Positions 1 through 17,925 of a DNA stretch of 64,000 bases are shown here, piece after piece. The stretch's first letter is position 1; each line of letters begins with the position of its first letter. The stretch is from positions 1,178,001 to 1,242,000 of the forward strand of contig MCFH01000004.1 in the NCBI GenBank assembly GCA_002104945.1, given 5' to 3'. The notes beneath the pieces were generated by a model. That model did no database searches. It was not told where the DNA came from and was given only the letters and a program-made list of their open reading frames with translations. The DNA comes from Piromyces finnis finn. Taxonomy: Eukaryota > Fungi > Neocallimastigomycota. Made by a program: the position numbers and the translations under genes.

Positions 1-2924
<2,924 letters not shown>

Positions 2925-5900
2925 TATTATATTTTATTGTTTCAAAAATTATTAGAATTAAATATATTTTAAAAAAAAATGTTTTATCGTATTGTTATAA
3001 TTTATGTCGTATATAAGTGAAATTGATATAGAAATTTTAATGAATAATATTTTTCTATTATAATGTGTATTTAGTATTAATAAAATTGTTTTTAAAAAAA
3101 CAAGATCTAAAAAAAATAATATTTAATTCTAAAAAATTAAAATTTATTTTTGGGATGAATTAATTCCTTTTTTTTATTATTATTATTGTAATTATTATTT
3201 AATATATCTGTTCGTATATCAAGTATATCCTTATATTGTGATATTTGTACTGTATAAATTTTTAATAAAGGAAATTAAAATTGATACAATAGTTTACAAA
3301 ATATTGTAAAAAATATTTATTTTTTTATTTATTTTAAATTCAAATTTCCTTTTATTCCTCTTGTCTCTTCAAACGAAATAAATATTAATTAAAAAAAAGT
3401 GAAATATATAAAGTGGTGCGTAATTGTTAATTATTCAGCATCAAAAGTTTTTTCTTAAGGCATATATATCTTCCAATAATAACTTATTAAATCTAAAATA
3501 GTTATTGAGGTGTTTTTCAATAACTCTCAATATATAGATATATATCTCAAAAAAAAAAGAAAGAAAGAAAGAAAGAAAATAAAAAAAGATAATAAAAGAA
3601 AAAAGAAAAAAAAATACTTATTTCTAAATATATTTTTCTTATCAAGAAATTATTATATATTTAAAAATTTCAATTACTGTTAAACTTTTTTTACTGATAT
3701 TATTTCATTAAAAATTGTTTAATTTGATTTTATCCTCTTATATATATGATATATGATATATGATATATGATATAAATAACAAATTTTGAATGAATTTTAT
3801 CCTTAAAATTCTAGAAGATGATATTACAACTAAATTTGAATTTCTTATATGATTGACTTTTTGTAAAAGTTTTAAATTACTGTATTTCAAAAAATATATA
3901 TATAAATGGATAAATAGAATGATATTTTATATCTTAATATATTAAATGAGGAAGTTAAAATTACAATATTAATATCATTTTTATAATCATACTTTCAATT
4001 ATTTACAAAAAAATAAAAAAAAATATAAAATAATAATTTATAATTTTAAGAAATTTATTAATCTTTTTAGAAAAAAAAAAAAAGATTTTCTTAATATTAA
4101 TTTTTCAATAAATTATATTTAAATAAATAATATTTTTATATGATTCAAATACAATTAATAAATATTATTATTCAATTAAATTAATTGATATTTTCATATA
4201 TATTATTTATGATCAACTTTATTAAATAGAAATTTTAATAATTATAAAAAATTTAAATTATTTTAATCATAAGAAAAAGCATATATTTTCTTTCAAAATA
4301 AAATATATAAATACTTTACCTATAAAAAAGTATCATATTTCAAACAAATAATACATATTCATATTAATAAATAAATATATTACAATATATACTTGTAAAA
4401 TATAGGAAAAAAGAAAAGATTAATTTTTTTTAAAAAAATTAAAACCACTTAAAACTATTAACATTGAAAACTATACGTTATATTTAATTAATGGTAATTC
4501 ATTCTGTTAAAAAAACACTAATATCAATGATGAATAATATGATATTTTATTTAAAAAAGAATAGTTAATAAAAAAAAAGATACTTTTAATTCCAAATTAC
4601 TCTTGCAGTCTTTTACTTTTAGTATTATGTAGGACCTTACTCCTTTACCCTTATATAGTATTAATTTCTGTATAACCATAGTTGGCAATCATTTTTAAAA
4701 ATCTTTTTAAGATTAGAATATAAAAATATGCTACATATTATGTATTATATGTATTATATTATAATAATTTATTTAGTATAATATATATTTTAATAAGGAA
4801 TTATATTTTACTATATTAAAAATAGGATAAATTAATATATTTAACATATTTTAATTTAATAATATTCCATATATTAATAATATATAAAAATTGTTAAGCT
4901 AATATATTGAATTTATAAATTTTTTTTTTAGTTAAGAATTAGCATAATTATTCTCCTCTTAATACAAAAAATGGTATATAAATAAAAATTTATGTAATTA
5001 ATTGTAATTTATAGTTTCAATTAAATAATATGATATTAATTTAATAATAATATATTAACTTTATATGATAATTTTTCATTTATTAATAAAAAAAATTTTA
5101 ATCAATGAATGATTTGATAATAATATACGGACAATATTAAATTTAATTCTATATTTTTTTTAATATCTTATGGATAATTAATAAAACATATTTTTTACTA
5201 TTTGAGTAAGTAGCGGTCAAAATCTTTCATTTATCAATACAAAATTTAAAGGTTAAAGTCTAATGAAATAAACTAATTCGTAAAGATAAAGAAAAGAAAT
5301 AATAAAATAATAAAAATAAAAATTATTAAATATATCAAGAATTTAAAATATTTAATAATTATAATTTATACATAAGAAATAAAAAATAGAATTATTTATA
5401 TAAAAACGTCTTTAGAGCATAAGGACAAAGATGAATAGCAGGTAATAAAATGTTATTGGTATATTAATTAGGAAAGAATTATATAAAAAAACATTTTTCA
5501 AAATATTAAAAATATTTGTGATACCACGTTTCATGTAGCCCATCTTAAATGTTTTTATCTTAATATTGAAAATTAATACATATAAATAAATTTGTATTTG
5601 TATTGGATAATAAATAAAAAAATAAATAAGTAAAAAAAAGATAAATTTTGTTGTTTCAATATCATACATACTGATATAAAATTTTATATATTAATTATAT
5701 ATATTATACAAAAATTTATATTCATGTATTATAATATGAAAAAATAAAAATAAAAATAATATTAATAGAAATTACTTCAAAATCTGTTCAAAATTAAATT
5801 TCATTTCATCAAAATTTATTTACAAATATATTTTTTTATTTTAATTATACTTTTCATCATTATTCAAACTTTTCTAAATATTATAATATTAAATTACATT

Positions 5901-6682
5901 TTAATATACATTTTAAATAATTAAAATAAGTGAATGAATTAATAAATTCTATAATAAATTAATAAATATATATATTAAAATAATTAACATTCCGCTAGCT
6001 TCATGCTTTTAATATGTATTGATTTTAAATTTTTATAATTACTTAAATGTGTATTATATAATAATAGGTGAAGTTGTTTTTATTTTAATTGATATTATTT
6101 TTATCATAATAATAATAAGCTGACGATCAAATTTGGCACTAATTTTTAAAATTTAAATAATATTCTTTAAACAATAAAAATTATACAAAATCAAGTATAG
6201 TAAGGATTTTATATAAATATACTATAACTTTAAATAATTCAATTATTATCATATTTAAACTTTTCTAAATCATTATTTGAATTGAAAACCTTTTTTTTTT
6301 TCATTATAAAAGTAATATTTAATAGAAACTATAAAACTTAAATATAAATTAAAGAGAATAAATTTCAATAATAAAAAAAGTAGCTATAACTGAATAAAAA
6401 AATTTCAAAATAAAATTAATTTATAATTAATATATAAAAATAATAATATATGTAATTTAACTTTAAAGTTTATTCAATCATTTTATTTAAATTATTTTTA
6501 TTAAGTTTATCTTTATTATTTTATTTCAATATTAAATTATTAAAGACTAATTTATTTCTATTTTTGTTTTTGTTTTTATTTTGCTTATAATTTTATAAAA
6601 AAAAGTTACATTTCAAACTATTAAATATAATATATTAAAACAAAGTATATTATATATAATATCTAAAAAGCAATAATAAAAT

Positions 6683-6970
6683 ATGAATAACCAATTAAGT
6701 ATTTGTCAATGTTGTAATAATGAAATCTTAGGAAGAACTAAAATATTTTGTGGAGAATGTTTTCAAAAAATGAAAGAAATGGTCAGTATAGGGCAAAATA
6801 AAATTTTAAAACCTATGGCTGAACAAAAATGTGTTCTGTGTAATAAATATGAAAATAGATTTATTTATCAATTAAATGAAAAAGATTTCCACAAAAAAGG
6901 AATATATGTTTGTGATTTATGTATAGAAGAAGAAATGTCAAAAGAAGAAAAATTATGGAGAATAAGATAA
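6683..6970 (+). CDS. Small intronless cysteine-rich protein (95 aa), four CxxC-type pairs, putative double zinc ribbon
   Basis: Clean ATG-to-TAA ORF with protein-like composition in otherwise ~90% AT non-coding DNA; motifs CQCC, CGEC, CVLC, CDLC. Confidence 0.6.
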   Translation: MNNQLSICQCCNNEILGRTKIFCGECFQKMKEMVSIGQNKILKPMAEQKCVLCNKYENRFIYQLNEKDFHKKGIYVCDLCIEEEMSKEEKLWRIR

Positions 6971-7268
6971 ATTGAAATAAAAAAAAAAGTATTATAATCT
7001 AAATTGCCATATTTATTTATTTTATATAAATAAGACATTGTAATATAAAAAGGATAAAAAGGTTTAACAATAAAAATAACTTATTTATTAACATGTAAAA
7101 TACATAGTAAAAAGAAAAAAAGAAAAAATACAATAATTTTTACCTTTTTTTTTTTTTATTTTATTCTAATTTTTTTATTTATTGTTGTTGTTAATGTTGT
7201 TATTGCTCGCAAATTGAAAAGAAAGAGAATTTTGAATCTTATTTTCTTTTATTTATTTACTTATTTAC

Positions 7269-7299
<31 letters not shown>

Positions 7300-8057
7300 T
7301 ATATATATATATATATAATATATATATATAAAAAAAAAGATATAATATGCTTTCAAATAAAATAATATTTATGAATGTAGTGTATTAAATTTTTTATTTT
7401 TTTCAAATTGTATATAGCAGAACTATAACTTTTATTGATTGCTTTGACTCTAATAACTTAATATTTTATTATTTTATTTCATTAATAATTAAAGGGAAAA
7501 TATTATGTTCAAAAAGAATGTAATAAGCTTACTAACAAAAATAATATTATGTATTATATTTTAACTTTTCATATTAATTATTAATTTTTTCTTTTTTTGC
7601 AAAAGATATGGCAAAAAAAAAAAAAAAAAAAAAAAAAACTTTTTAAAAATGTACTAGAATTAAATATTAAATATAAATAAATATATTTTGATTAAACATA
7701 TCTATCATCAAATTTAAAGATAAAAAATAAATAAATAAAAAATATACTTTTTATTTTAATTTTTATTATTACTGCTAACTAAATTATTTGAACTTTTTTT
7801 TTTTTACTTATTATTACATAAAATAAATAAATATATTATAAAATACTAATAATAAAATTTATATAAAGAAAATAAGACTAATAATTGAAATAAATTATTT
7901 AAAAATAGGACGAATTATATTTTTTTGTCTTTGAGGATTATATTTTAATTTAATAAAATTAATAATTCAAAAATAATAATTAAATAAAATAAACATTCGC
8001 ATAGCATTAATAAACATTAGTAAGAAAAAATGATGATGTTGACTAATTTTAATAGTT

Positions 8058-10625
8058 TTAATTTATATTTTCATTTGTAGCATAATTAATAGTGGGTGTG
8101 ATAGTATTAGATGTGTAAGATGACTCTTCTTCTTGATGTTGATATTTGGATGAATAATAAAGTTCAGAAGTTGATTTAGCCTTCTTAAACATTTTACGAT
8201 GATGTTTGCATTGTTCAATATATTTTGAATCAGCCATCTCAACATATTTTTGAGGACTACAAAATTCTTTATAGTTATTATAGAATTCTTTGTAACCACC
8301 CTTTAAAACATATACTTCAGGATAATGAAGCCTTGGATAAAAAAATAGGTTTTTTTCACGATCAGCTTTTCTAAAGAACTGAGCCATCCAAGGAGCACGT
8401 TCAGATGAAAATTCGCAATGAAAAATAATTATAACTTTCTTGGAATAATCTTCTTTATTGAAAAATAGATTATAAAGCTTGGCAGGGTCATTAATATTTT
8501 TAGCATTATGTATATGGCCACCTTCATATTCGTATGGGAAACGACAATCTATAATATGAAATTCATCATATAAACCTTTGTATTTACCTTGTAAAAGCTT
8601 AGAGAGAGTAGTAGCCGAAATTCTTCTTAGAGAATCTTTACCACTATTAAACGGCAAAATAGAATCTTCACCATGACCAAAAGAAGATGCATCTTTCCAG
8701 TTCTTAAGATATTGTAAAGAACATTCACTATAAGTACGGCATATACGTTTTGGGAAACACTTAGAAAATGAATTACATTCTGAAGAAGAAGAAGAAGAAG
8801 AAGGGGAATCTAAAGTGGAATCATCTTTTTTAATATTGGTATCATGATTCTTTTCATCTTCATTTTCTTTAATATCAGAAGTAGAAGCAATAGAATCTAT
8901 CGATGACGTTGAAAATAATGTCTTTCGGCGTCTTGGAGCTACTGGGGTTGGTGATAATAATATATAGCTATTTTTATTATTTATTTCATTCTTAGATTTT
9001 GAAGCTCTAAAGTAATTGTTACAACCTTCAATCATACTTTTACTCCTTCTAAGAAAATGACTAGCAGAAGGAGTGGGTGATAATAAATTACTTTCTATTT
9101 GGTCCTTAATAAAATCTAATGTAAAATCAGAACGTTTATTGATTTTGAAATCTGACAAACCTAAAGGAGAAGAGTTAACAAAATCTGTATTGGAATTAAT
9201 TATATTTTCATTATTAAAATTTGCTAATGGTGATGAAGGTATAGGTGATGATGAAGGTTGAATTTGTGAAGAATATGAAAAAAGAGAATGAGATGGGCTT
9301 TCCAATAAATCCTCTGTAGATTGATAAGATGATACAAAATTAGTTATTTCATTATCAGACACCTTTGTTGCTACAGGCGTTGGGGTAGGTGAACTAAAAA
9401 CATCTGTAATTTTTGGAGTTGAAGATATTATTGTCGAGGTAGTACAATTAAAGGAAGAAGTTTCTGGATAAGAATTCTTAAAAGTATTTTTTAAATGATT
9501 ATATGGAGAGGAAATAGATGAATCTGAATCAGCATCAAAAAGAGTCTTTGCATTATTAAATGATTTTGAAGAATGTAAAGAAAATAGTTTTTTAGGCATA
9601 GCTGGGGTTGGAGATTGTAAGTCAAAATCTTGATATCTTTTAAATATATTTGGATAATAAGAGTTTCTTTTATGCTTATCATCTAATTGGGTATCATTCT
9701 TATTGTAAAAAAGAATATTTTTATTATTATCTTTTAATTCAGATTCTGTAAATGGCGTATCATTTGATTCAGATGGGGTTAAAGTATTAGCATTAGATTC
9801 AAAGTTATTATTATTAATAGAAGAAGAGAAACGATGACGTGTAATATTTAAAGGGGAAGGTGTCATTTGAAATGGTGAAGGTATACAGTTAAACGGTGAA
9901 GATAAATTAGTTTTACTCATCAACGGCATTGACTCACGACGCGTACTATCATCGCTTGAAAGTGGTGTTGCTTGTTGTTGTTGGATGCGAAATAATCTAC
10001 GACTATTTGAAATATGATGATGATGGTGTTGATGATGTTCATCATACTTCATATTTTCAAAAGATAATTTTGTTTTCACTTTAGTTTTAGACTTTGCTTT
10101 AGATTTATTACGTAAAATATCTGATTTTAAATTAAATAATTCCTTTGTTTTTATTTCAATATTAGCAATATGTTTATCCGTCTTTTCCTCAGATAAATTA
10201 TTCTGCTTACTAGTAATAATTAGTGTTTTAATAGCTTCTCGTTTATTCCAATGAGATATTCCATTCTTCTTTTTTATTCCTGAATTACATATGGGTATCA
10301 AAAAATCTGAGGAAGAAGATAAAGATTTTGTCTTATTCTTAATTTCTGATGACAGCTTAGCAGGTGAAGAAAAAGTAACAATAGGCGCTTTTTTAGTTTT
10401 ACTTATAAGTTTTATAGGAGAACTATTAAAAACGCTTGTACTAATAATGCTGCCCTTACTTATAATACTATTAATTTTTGGACTAGATTTTTTTTGAATT
10501 TGTCGAGAAATTAATGACTTTTTATTTTTTGTTAATATTGGAGAATGGGTTTTAAAAAAACCCATACCAAAACCTGATTTTCTTTTTATTACTCCTTTAG
10601 AAGATGTTGATTCTTTAGTTGTCAT
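8058..10625 (-). CDS. cdc25: M-phase inducer phosphatase Cdc25/Mih1 (855 aa, intronless)
   Basis: C-terminal rhodanese-fold catalytic domain with IIDCRFPYEYEGGHI, HCEFSSERAP (HCX5R active site) and YPEVYVLKGGYKEF, after a long S/P-rich regulatory N-terminus. Confidence 0.95.
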   Translation of the reverse strand: MTTKESTSSKGVIKRKSGFGMGFFKTHSPILTKNKKSLISRQIQKKSSPKINSIISKGSIISTSVFNSSPIKLISKTKKAPIVTFSSPAKLSSEIKNKTKSLSSSSDFLIPICNSGIKKKNGISHWNKREAIKTLIITSKQNNLSEEKTDKHIANIEIKTKELFNLKSDILRNKSKAKSKTKVKTKLSFENMKYDEHHQHHHHHISNSRRLFRIQQQQATPLSSDDSTRRESMPLMSKTNLSSPFNCIPSPFQMTPSPLNITRHRFSSSINNNNFESNANTLTPSESNDTPFTESELKDNNKNILFYNKNDTQLDDKHKRNSYYPNIFKRYQDFDLQSPTPAMPKKLFSLHSSKSFNNAKTLFDADSDSSISSPYNHLKNTFKNSYPETSSFNCTTSTIISSTPKITDVFSSPTPTPVATKVSDNEITNFVSSYQSTEDLLESPSHSLFSYSSQIQPSSSPIPSSPLANFNNENIINSNTDFVNSSPLGLSDFKINKRSDFTLDFIKDQIESNLLSPTPSASHFLRRSKSMIEGCNNYFRASKSKNEINNKNSYILLSPTPVAPRRRKTLFSTSSIDSIASTSDIKENEDEKNHDTNIKKDDSTLDSPSSSSSSSECNSFSKCFPKRICRTYSECSLQYLKNWKDASSFGHGEDSILPFNSGKDSLRRISATTLSKLLQGKYKGLYDEFHIIDCRFPYEYEGGHIHNAKNINDPAKLYNLFFNKEDYSKKVIIIFHCEFSSERAPWMAQFFRKADREKNLFFYPRLHYPEVYVLKGGYKEFYNNYKEFCSPQKYVEMADSKYIEQCKHHRKMFKKAKSTSELYYSSKYQHQEEESSYTSNTITPTINYATNENIN

Positions 10626-13611
10626 TTTACAAATATCAAAATTAAAATGTAAATATTATCATGTTAATATTGTTTTATTATAATTTGAATTTGTATATAT
10701 GAAATAAATTTGACTTTTAAGAATTTTATTAATCTTTTATATATATTAATTTATAATTATAAAATTAATATATAAAACAATAAAATATATTATATGAAAT
10801 GCTATTTTCTTACCTAAAGTTTTCATGTTAGGATATATTATATTAATCTCTTAGATTTTAAACCAAAATAATAAAAAATATTATTATAAGTATCTTTATA
10901 ATATAGGAGAAACAAAAAAAGAAAAAAGAAAAAAAAAAAGAAAAAAAAGAAAAGAAAAAAAGAAAAAGAATATATATTAAATCCTAAATTTATATATATT
11001 AACACTTCTTTCTATAATACAAATTCCAATTACGCATATATAAATTTTATATAAAAACTTTATAAAAATTTTATGTTTTAAATGGATTGATAAATAATTC
11101 CAATCCAATATAAAGATTTTAACAATTTAAATAATACAAAGAAATGTATTGGATAATGTTTTAATCAAGTTTTATTATCATTACTAATACTTCTTAATTA
11201 TCTAAAGTAAATGTCAATTAAACATATAATAAAATTTTTATATATAGTAATATAGTAATATACTATATTTCTTTCTATATTTTATATATGCTTTTTAAAA
11301 ATAGTAAAAAGGGAAAAAGGAATAAAGAAAAAAAAAAGAAAAGAAAGCTGTTTTTATTTAAATATATAATACTTTTTTTTTTAATGGAATATACTTAAAT
11401 AACATATAAAAGAAAGTTTATTAGTTATTTATTTACATCTTAAAATTTTTTTTTTTACAATATAATTCTTAATAAAATATAATAATATATAAAAGTATAT
11501 TGATTTATTTTTATAATTTAATAAATAAATTAAAATAAATATTTATATATATTATTCATATATATATTAATATTTAATATATAATACTAACTCTTTATGT
11601 ATTAGTATTATTAAAAAAAAAAGAGATTTAAAAAATGAAATTTAAAAATAATTTATTCAAAATATATAATATTATATATAAAATATATTGAAATAGTTAA
11701 TACTGAGTTATGTTTTGTAGATGAATGTAAAATATACTTTAATCAGTATACATTTTATTTTCTTTTACACACTTTTTCACTAATGTATAATAAAATAAAG
11801 ACAATTATAATTATTATTATTATAAATTGTCTTATAAAAACAAGTATTTTTATAGTTTATACAATCATTTTAATAATATTGTTTTTACTTAAAATATAAA
11901 CTATGTCATATATATTAATTAAATATAAAAAAACATATTAATCACTCATTTTATCACATAAATATGTATATTTAATTAAAAAAAGCTATTATAATAATAT
12001 ATTTTATTTCTTAAATTAAAAGTTATTCCTTTATTTATGTATATAATGATAATAAAATAAATATTTAGTTGTTAATAGTTTTATATACATATATTTATAT
12101 TTTAGTTTAATTTTGTTATGTATAGACCATATTGGTTCTTTTTTTTTTTTTTAAATTATCTTAAAAAAAGATTTTATCTCTAACCTTTTCATATTTATTT
12201 GTAATACATAACTTAAAAAATCATGTTAATTATGATTAATCCTTTAATTTAATAAATCTATTAAATACAATTATTATCCAAAAATTTATATATAATAATA
12301 TTATTAGTATTATGTCAAAGTTATTAGTAAAAATATCAAAAACATTTATTTTGCTATTATATGATAATTATATCATCAATATCAACAAAAAAAAAAGAAA
12401 AGAAGAAAAGAAAAATAATAGTATATTAGTTTATTGATAAATATACTATTATAAAAAATATTCGCTATTCAATAAATATTATTAATTTTTGATACTATGA
12501 ATATATTTAGTTAAAAGTTTTGGCACTACTCGGATTAAACTAAAAAAACTTTAAAAATTTAAAAAAAAAATTATAATAAATGAAAAATATATTTAAAATC
12601 AATTTACAATATATAAATAATATATAACTAAAAATATATGGGCACTGTAAGTTCTAAAGTATATTAGAAATAATTATATAAAATATAAAAATATAGTATT
12701 AAATTTATTAGAATATTAAATAGTTAATATGAATAAATATTTTTAAAATTAAGTAATTATTTTTTTTTCTCAATGTCCTTATTATCTTGAAATTTTGGTC
12801 GTTTCAAAAAAAGATGTATCTAAATTATTTATTATACATTATTATATTAATAGTAAAATCAATACCTTTATATAATTACTTTTAATAGTAAATAATAAAA
12901 ATTTAAAATGTAAAAAAGAGTATTATATTTAATAAATTTTGATTTAAAATGATTTTAGAAATTAAATAACCTTTTTAAAAAAATTAATAAAAATTATTTA
13001 TTATAACAAAAAACTAAATATTAATATAATTACGTAAAAAAAAAAAAGATACCTTGCCAGAGGAGGTAGGAAAACAGATGTTTATATATTCTTTATGTTA
13101 TTATTTAGAATTGAGTTTTATTAACGTTGAATTTTTCAAAAAAAAAAATTTAATATTTAATACATTTTAATTGTAATGATTTAGAAATATTAATACAATA
13201 ATTATAATCTTTTATATTGTTGTATGTAATTGTTATTAAACTGAATTTATGTTAAAATATCTTTTATAACTATTAAAGTTTGGAAATAAACTTTCAGTAC
13301 AACATTTTAATATCATATATAAAATTATATGAAACAATTGTTAATGGTATCAGTATTAAAAAATATGAATAGAAATATATCATTATAGAAGAAGTTAATT
13401 TTTTACAGAGGGTTAGATTATGTTAAAAAAAGGTTTTTTTTTTTTTTTTTTATTTATTTCTAATATATATATATATTTTTTTTTATATCTTATTATATTT
13501 TTTATTTTATCTTTTAATATTATTGTGTTAGAGAAATTTTAAATTTTAAATATAATTACTGTAATTATCTCACATAAATAAAATAAAATAAATAATATTA
13601 TGATTTATAAT

Positions 13612-13614
<3 letters not shown>

Positions 13615-13677
<63 letters not shown>
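13615..13677. repeat. (AAT)n microsatellite
   Basis: About 20 uninterrupted AAT units just upstream of the Nup84 gene. Confidence 0.9.
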
Positions 13678-13678
<1 letters not shown>

Positions 13679-13734
13679 GTAATAATATTAATAATAATAA
13701 TACAATAATATTTAATACTTTTGAAAAAATATAG

Positions 13735-16700
13735 ATGAGTAAGGAATTAAAAGGGACATTAGAGGAATTTCATGATGCATTTGTTTCATATAAAAATAAT
13801 GTTGATATTATAACAGAAAAGTATATTAACATTTGTCAAAAAAGGTACTAATCTATATCTATATTTATTTGTATTATACATAGTTTACATGTATATACAA
13901 ATGGAATTATTATTAGAAATAATTAGAAATAATTATTCATTATACATCAATATTTTATATTTTAAACTAATTTCACTAAATTACAAAATCATTAATATTC
14001 CAAAAAAATAATAATAATAATAAAATAAATTTTAGAATTAAACATTTAAGTAAAAATTCGAATTCAATTCAATTTTACGATTCATCTGAACTACTTAACG
14101 AAAAATTGGAATTAAACACATGGAAATTAATTCAAATGTTAAATAGGTAAACTATTTTTTTTTTCTTATAATGCAAAATAATAATTTCATGTTGATTGTT
14201 AATCAAGAAATAATTTTCAATTTTTATGTGCTTATTTTAATTAAGACATTGTAAAACAGATACTGAACCTGACATTTGTTATATGGAAGACCCATATATT
14301 AGTGATGCTTCATTTTCTACACAGTATCTTCAAAATGAAGAATTAAAGAAAGTTTATGTAGGTTTAATCAAAGATTATTAAGTTTTAATTAAAGTTAAAA
14401 TATAGTTATAATAAAAATGAATTAAATTTATTATATTTTTTAAACATTTAAAATTTGGTAGACTGTAAAAGAATGGTTACAAGATATTTGTTCTCAATAT
14501 TCAATTCCATCGGTTAAAAAAGATTCAAGTTTTACATTGGGCCCATCAAGTCAAAAATTAAATAGAGAACAAAAAAAATTATCATTAGAACCAGATACAA
14601 AAGATCAGGTATACATTTTAGCATTTTTTATTAATAAAGATTTTATTTTGTAATATCAAAATTTCGTTAAATCTAACATAAATGTATAAAAGGAATTTGA
14701 TGAAAAAATATCAAAAGTTATTTATGAATTAATTAGAAGGGGAAAATTAGAAGAAGCTATTGAATATTGTGAACAATGTGGACAACCATGGAGAGGTGCT
14801 AGTTTAAGAGGTACTTTATTATGGGCTGATCCAAATTACGGTTAGTATTTTATTTTTAATATTTTATATTAATTAATATTAATTTTTATTTGATATATAA
14901 ATTATTTTTATTATTTTAATAATATTGTAATATTGATAATTATGTGTTTAATTAATCAATTATTTTTATTTTTAGATAAAGAAGAAATAAGTGATGTTGC
15001 ATCCGGGAATAGAAATCGTGATTTATGGAAATCTCTTTGTTTTAAGCTTGCAAATGAAGTATATATCAAGTTATGTTAAATAAATTAATAATAATATATA
15101 TATATATTAATAACAACAACTTATATAAAACATATTAGGAAAAATATTGTTCCCACGAAAGAGCTATTTATTCAGTTATGTCAGGAACAGTAAAAAATGT
15201 ATGGCATATTATAAAAAGAATAAGCTAAAGGTTAAATTTATTTTTATTGAAATTTAATATTAATATTATATCATTTATGTTAATTATACAAAGGCTTTAG
15301 TTGTATGTAAATCTTGGGAAGATTACCTTTGGGTATATTGCAATTCATATTTGGAAAACGAACTTAGCAAGGTATTATTATATATATATTTTAGTAACTA
15401 TGTGGAAAATATAAAATTAATATATAAATTATAATAGGGTTTCAAAGCATCTGCTAGATATGCAGTTGATGATAATGATGAAACAGATTTATATTTAATA
15501 GAGGATAATCTTATACCTGAATCAACAGAATCAATTTTTAATTCACTTCTAAAGAATGAAAATGAAAAAATAAGGTTATAATTATTTATAAAAAATTAAA
15601 TTTATTTGATTATGAAAAATTATATCAAATATTCTTATTAATATATGCTATTTTTTTTTTTTTTTTTAATTATTCATTTATATTAGAAAATCTGCAGCAG
15701 AGCCATTCCATTATATACAAAAAATGATTATATTGAATAAATACAAAGAAATGATTATTCACTTTAAAAGTCAGCTCGAAGAATCAGAGACTATTATTGG
15801 GTATATAAAATATGATAAATAAATAAATAAATAAATAAGAATACTTTAATATATATAAATATATATTATATTCTTAATCGTATTAACAATAAACTATTTA
15901 TTATATTGAATTTTATAGAACTCCAGTAAATACTGATTTATTGCGTTTCTTTGTTCATTTTATTCTTCTTTTGAAAAATTCTGGAATGTCTTATCCAGAA
16001 AAAGAATCAGAATATATCATCATAACTTATATTAATTCATTAATTAAATATAAAAAGGTAATATATAACTATATTTTTAATATATTTAATTTATCAATAT
16101 ATATATATATATATTTTAAATATTATAGTTTTATTATTTTATGTTAATTTGAGAGAAGAAAATTAATAAATTATTATTTACACATGTATATAGAGAACCC
16201 TTATTGCAGGATATGCTTCACATCTAACAAATGAAAACCAAATCAAATCATATGTTTCATTATTGAAAAGTAAAGAATTATTTCATTATAATCTTAACTA
16301 TAATTGTTGTTAGAATTAATGTTTTTTACTTAAATAATTAATGTTACTTTTTAATGTATATATTTATTAAGCTATTAATGAACCTTTACATATCAAAAAA
16401 GAATATATTAAATTGGCACAATTATTTGGTCTAGATACACCATCAATATGTACAGTAACTGTAAATTCGGTATTGGATGATATAGAGGTAGTTTATTTTT
16501 ATTCATCTATAACTTGATATTGATAGTATTAATAATGAAAGCTTAATAATTTTATTATATTTTTTTATTAAATAAAAATTAAAAGAATTCATTCCCAACA
16601 GAAATAGACTCTTCTATATATAAAAATATTTCAAATCCAATAACTAGCTCTGATATAGCAAAAATACATACTTTAGAATGGTTAACTTTTGAAGTTTCTT

Positions 16701-17925
16701 TAGTAAAAGAATTTTTCTTACAAAGTAATAGATTATATAGATATTTCTTAGGTAATTATATTAGCACACATTATTACATGAAAAAATAGATATTATATCT
16801 CTATTTTTTGTATTTAATATATTAATTTTAAACATTATATATATTAATTAGGTATTGGAAAATTAACTGCTGCACAAGAATTATTTAATTTCATATTAAA
16901 TATTAATACTATTCAATGTAAACTTGATGATAATAAAGATGATCAAGATATATTTATGAGCGAAAGTATTGCTTATTGTGGTTTAATTGATGCATATAAT
17001 TCATATGTAGCATGGAAAAATTCTTTAGATAATAAACCAGATGACAAATTAGCAAAATCATTGTAAATATTAAATATCATAAACATATACATATATATAT
17101 TTATAAATATAAACTTTTTTTTTTTTTTTTTAATATTAACTTTTTTTTCTTCAATTTTTATTTACAAAAGAAAAACTTTAAAAGAAAATGAATGGAAATC
17201 CCAAGTCATTGTAAATTGCTAATTTTTATTATTATTATTTTTTGCTAATTAATCTATTTTAAAATTATATTTTATCTATCAATAAATATTAATAAACTAA
17301 TTAAATGAACAATATAATTCAATAGGAAAAAACTAAGGAGGCTGAACAATTATTAAATACAGCTATATTATTATTAGTTAATTTAGTAAAACCAAATGAA
17401 ATTGAAAATCAAGAAGGTTTGCTATTATTAAAAGTTATTAATACTATTATTAGATATCCATCTCTATTTTTATTAATTTATTTTATCATTAATATATTAT
17501 GTAAATTTCATTCTAAAGAATCTCCTGATGCTATGGAGGGTGTCGAATATACTGATCAAAATGATTTACAAAAAAGAAAGATGATTCAAAGTATTTATAT
17601 ACCACAAATATTTTTATGGCTACATACAATATACTTTGAAACTAAGGATATAATACCAGAGTAAGCTATTATGTTACTAATATATAAAGAATGATTTTTA
17701 CTATGACATTAATAAACATTTCTTTATCTTTTTTTTTTTTTTTTTTCTTTAAGAAATCTTAATAAAAGCTTTGACTTAGTTAATGATGTTGCATCTCAAT
17801 TCTGTGACCAATTCGAATTATCAAATACTATTGAAGTTTTCTTAGATGCTATTAAAAAATCTGCTATTTATTTATTAGATAGAAACCCAAATAATGTATC
17901 TGATATTAGCCCATTTATATTTTAA
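13735..17925 (+). CDS. NUP84: Nuclear pore complex protein Nup84/Nup107 (many introns; start codon tentative)
   Basis: Spliced exons give ELNTWKLIQML, VKEWLQ, YELIRRGKLEEAIEYCEQCGQPWRGASLRG..WADPN, GNRNRDLWKSLC, ERAIYSVMSG and VCKSWEDYLW, matching Nup107-family motifs. The last exon ends SPFIF-TAA at 17925. An upstream exon cannot be excluded. Confidence 0.85.

Noticed and set aside
5400-5550. Possible transposase relic (ICDTTFHVAH resembles a MULE DxTF motif)
   Set aside because: A single short motif with nearby in-frame stops and no terminal repeats; insufficient support.
13048-13080. Small GC-richer island (accttgccagaggaggtagg) as a possible ncRNA
   Set aside because: Too short; no recognisable tRNA, snRNA or snoRNA boxes or convincing stem.
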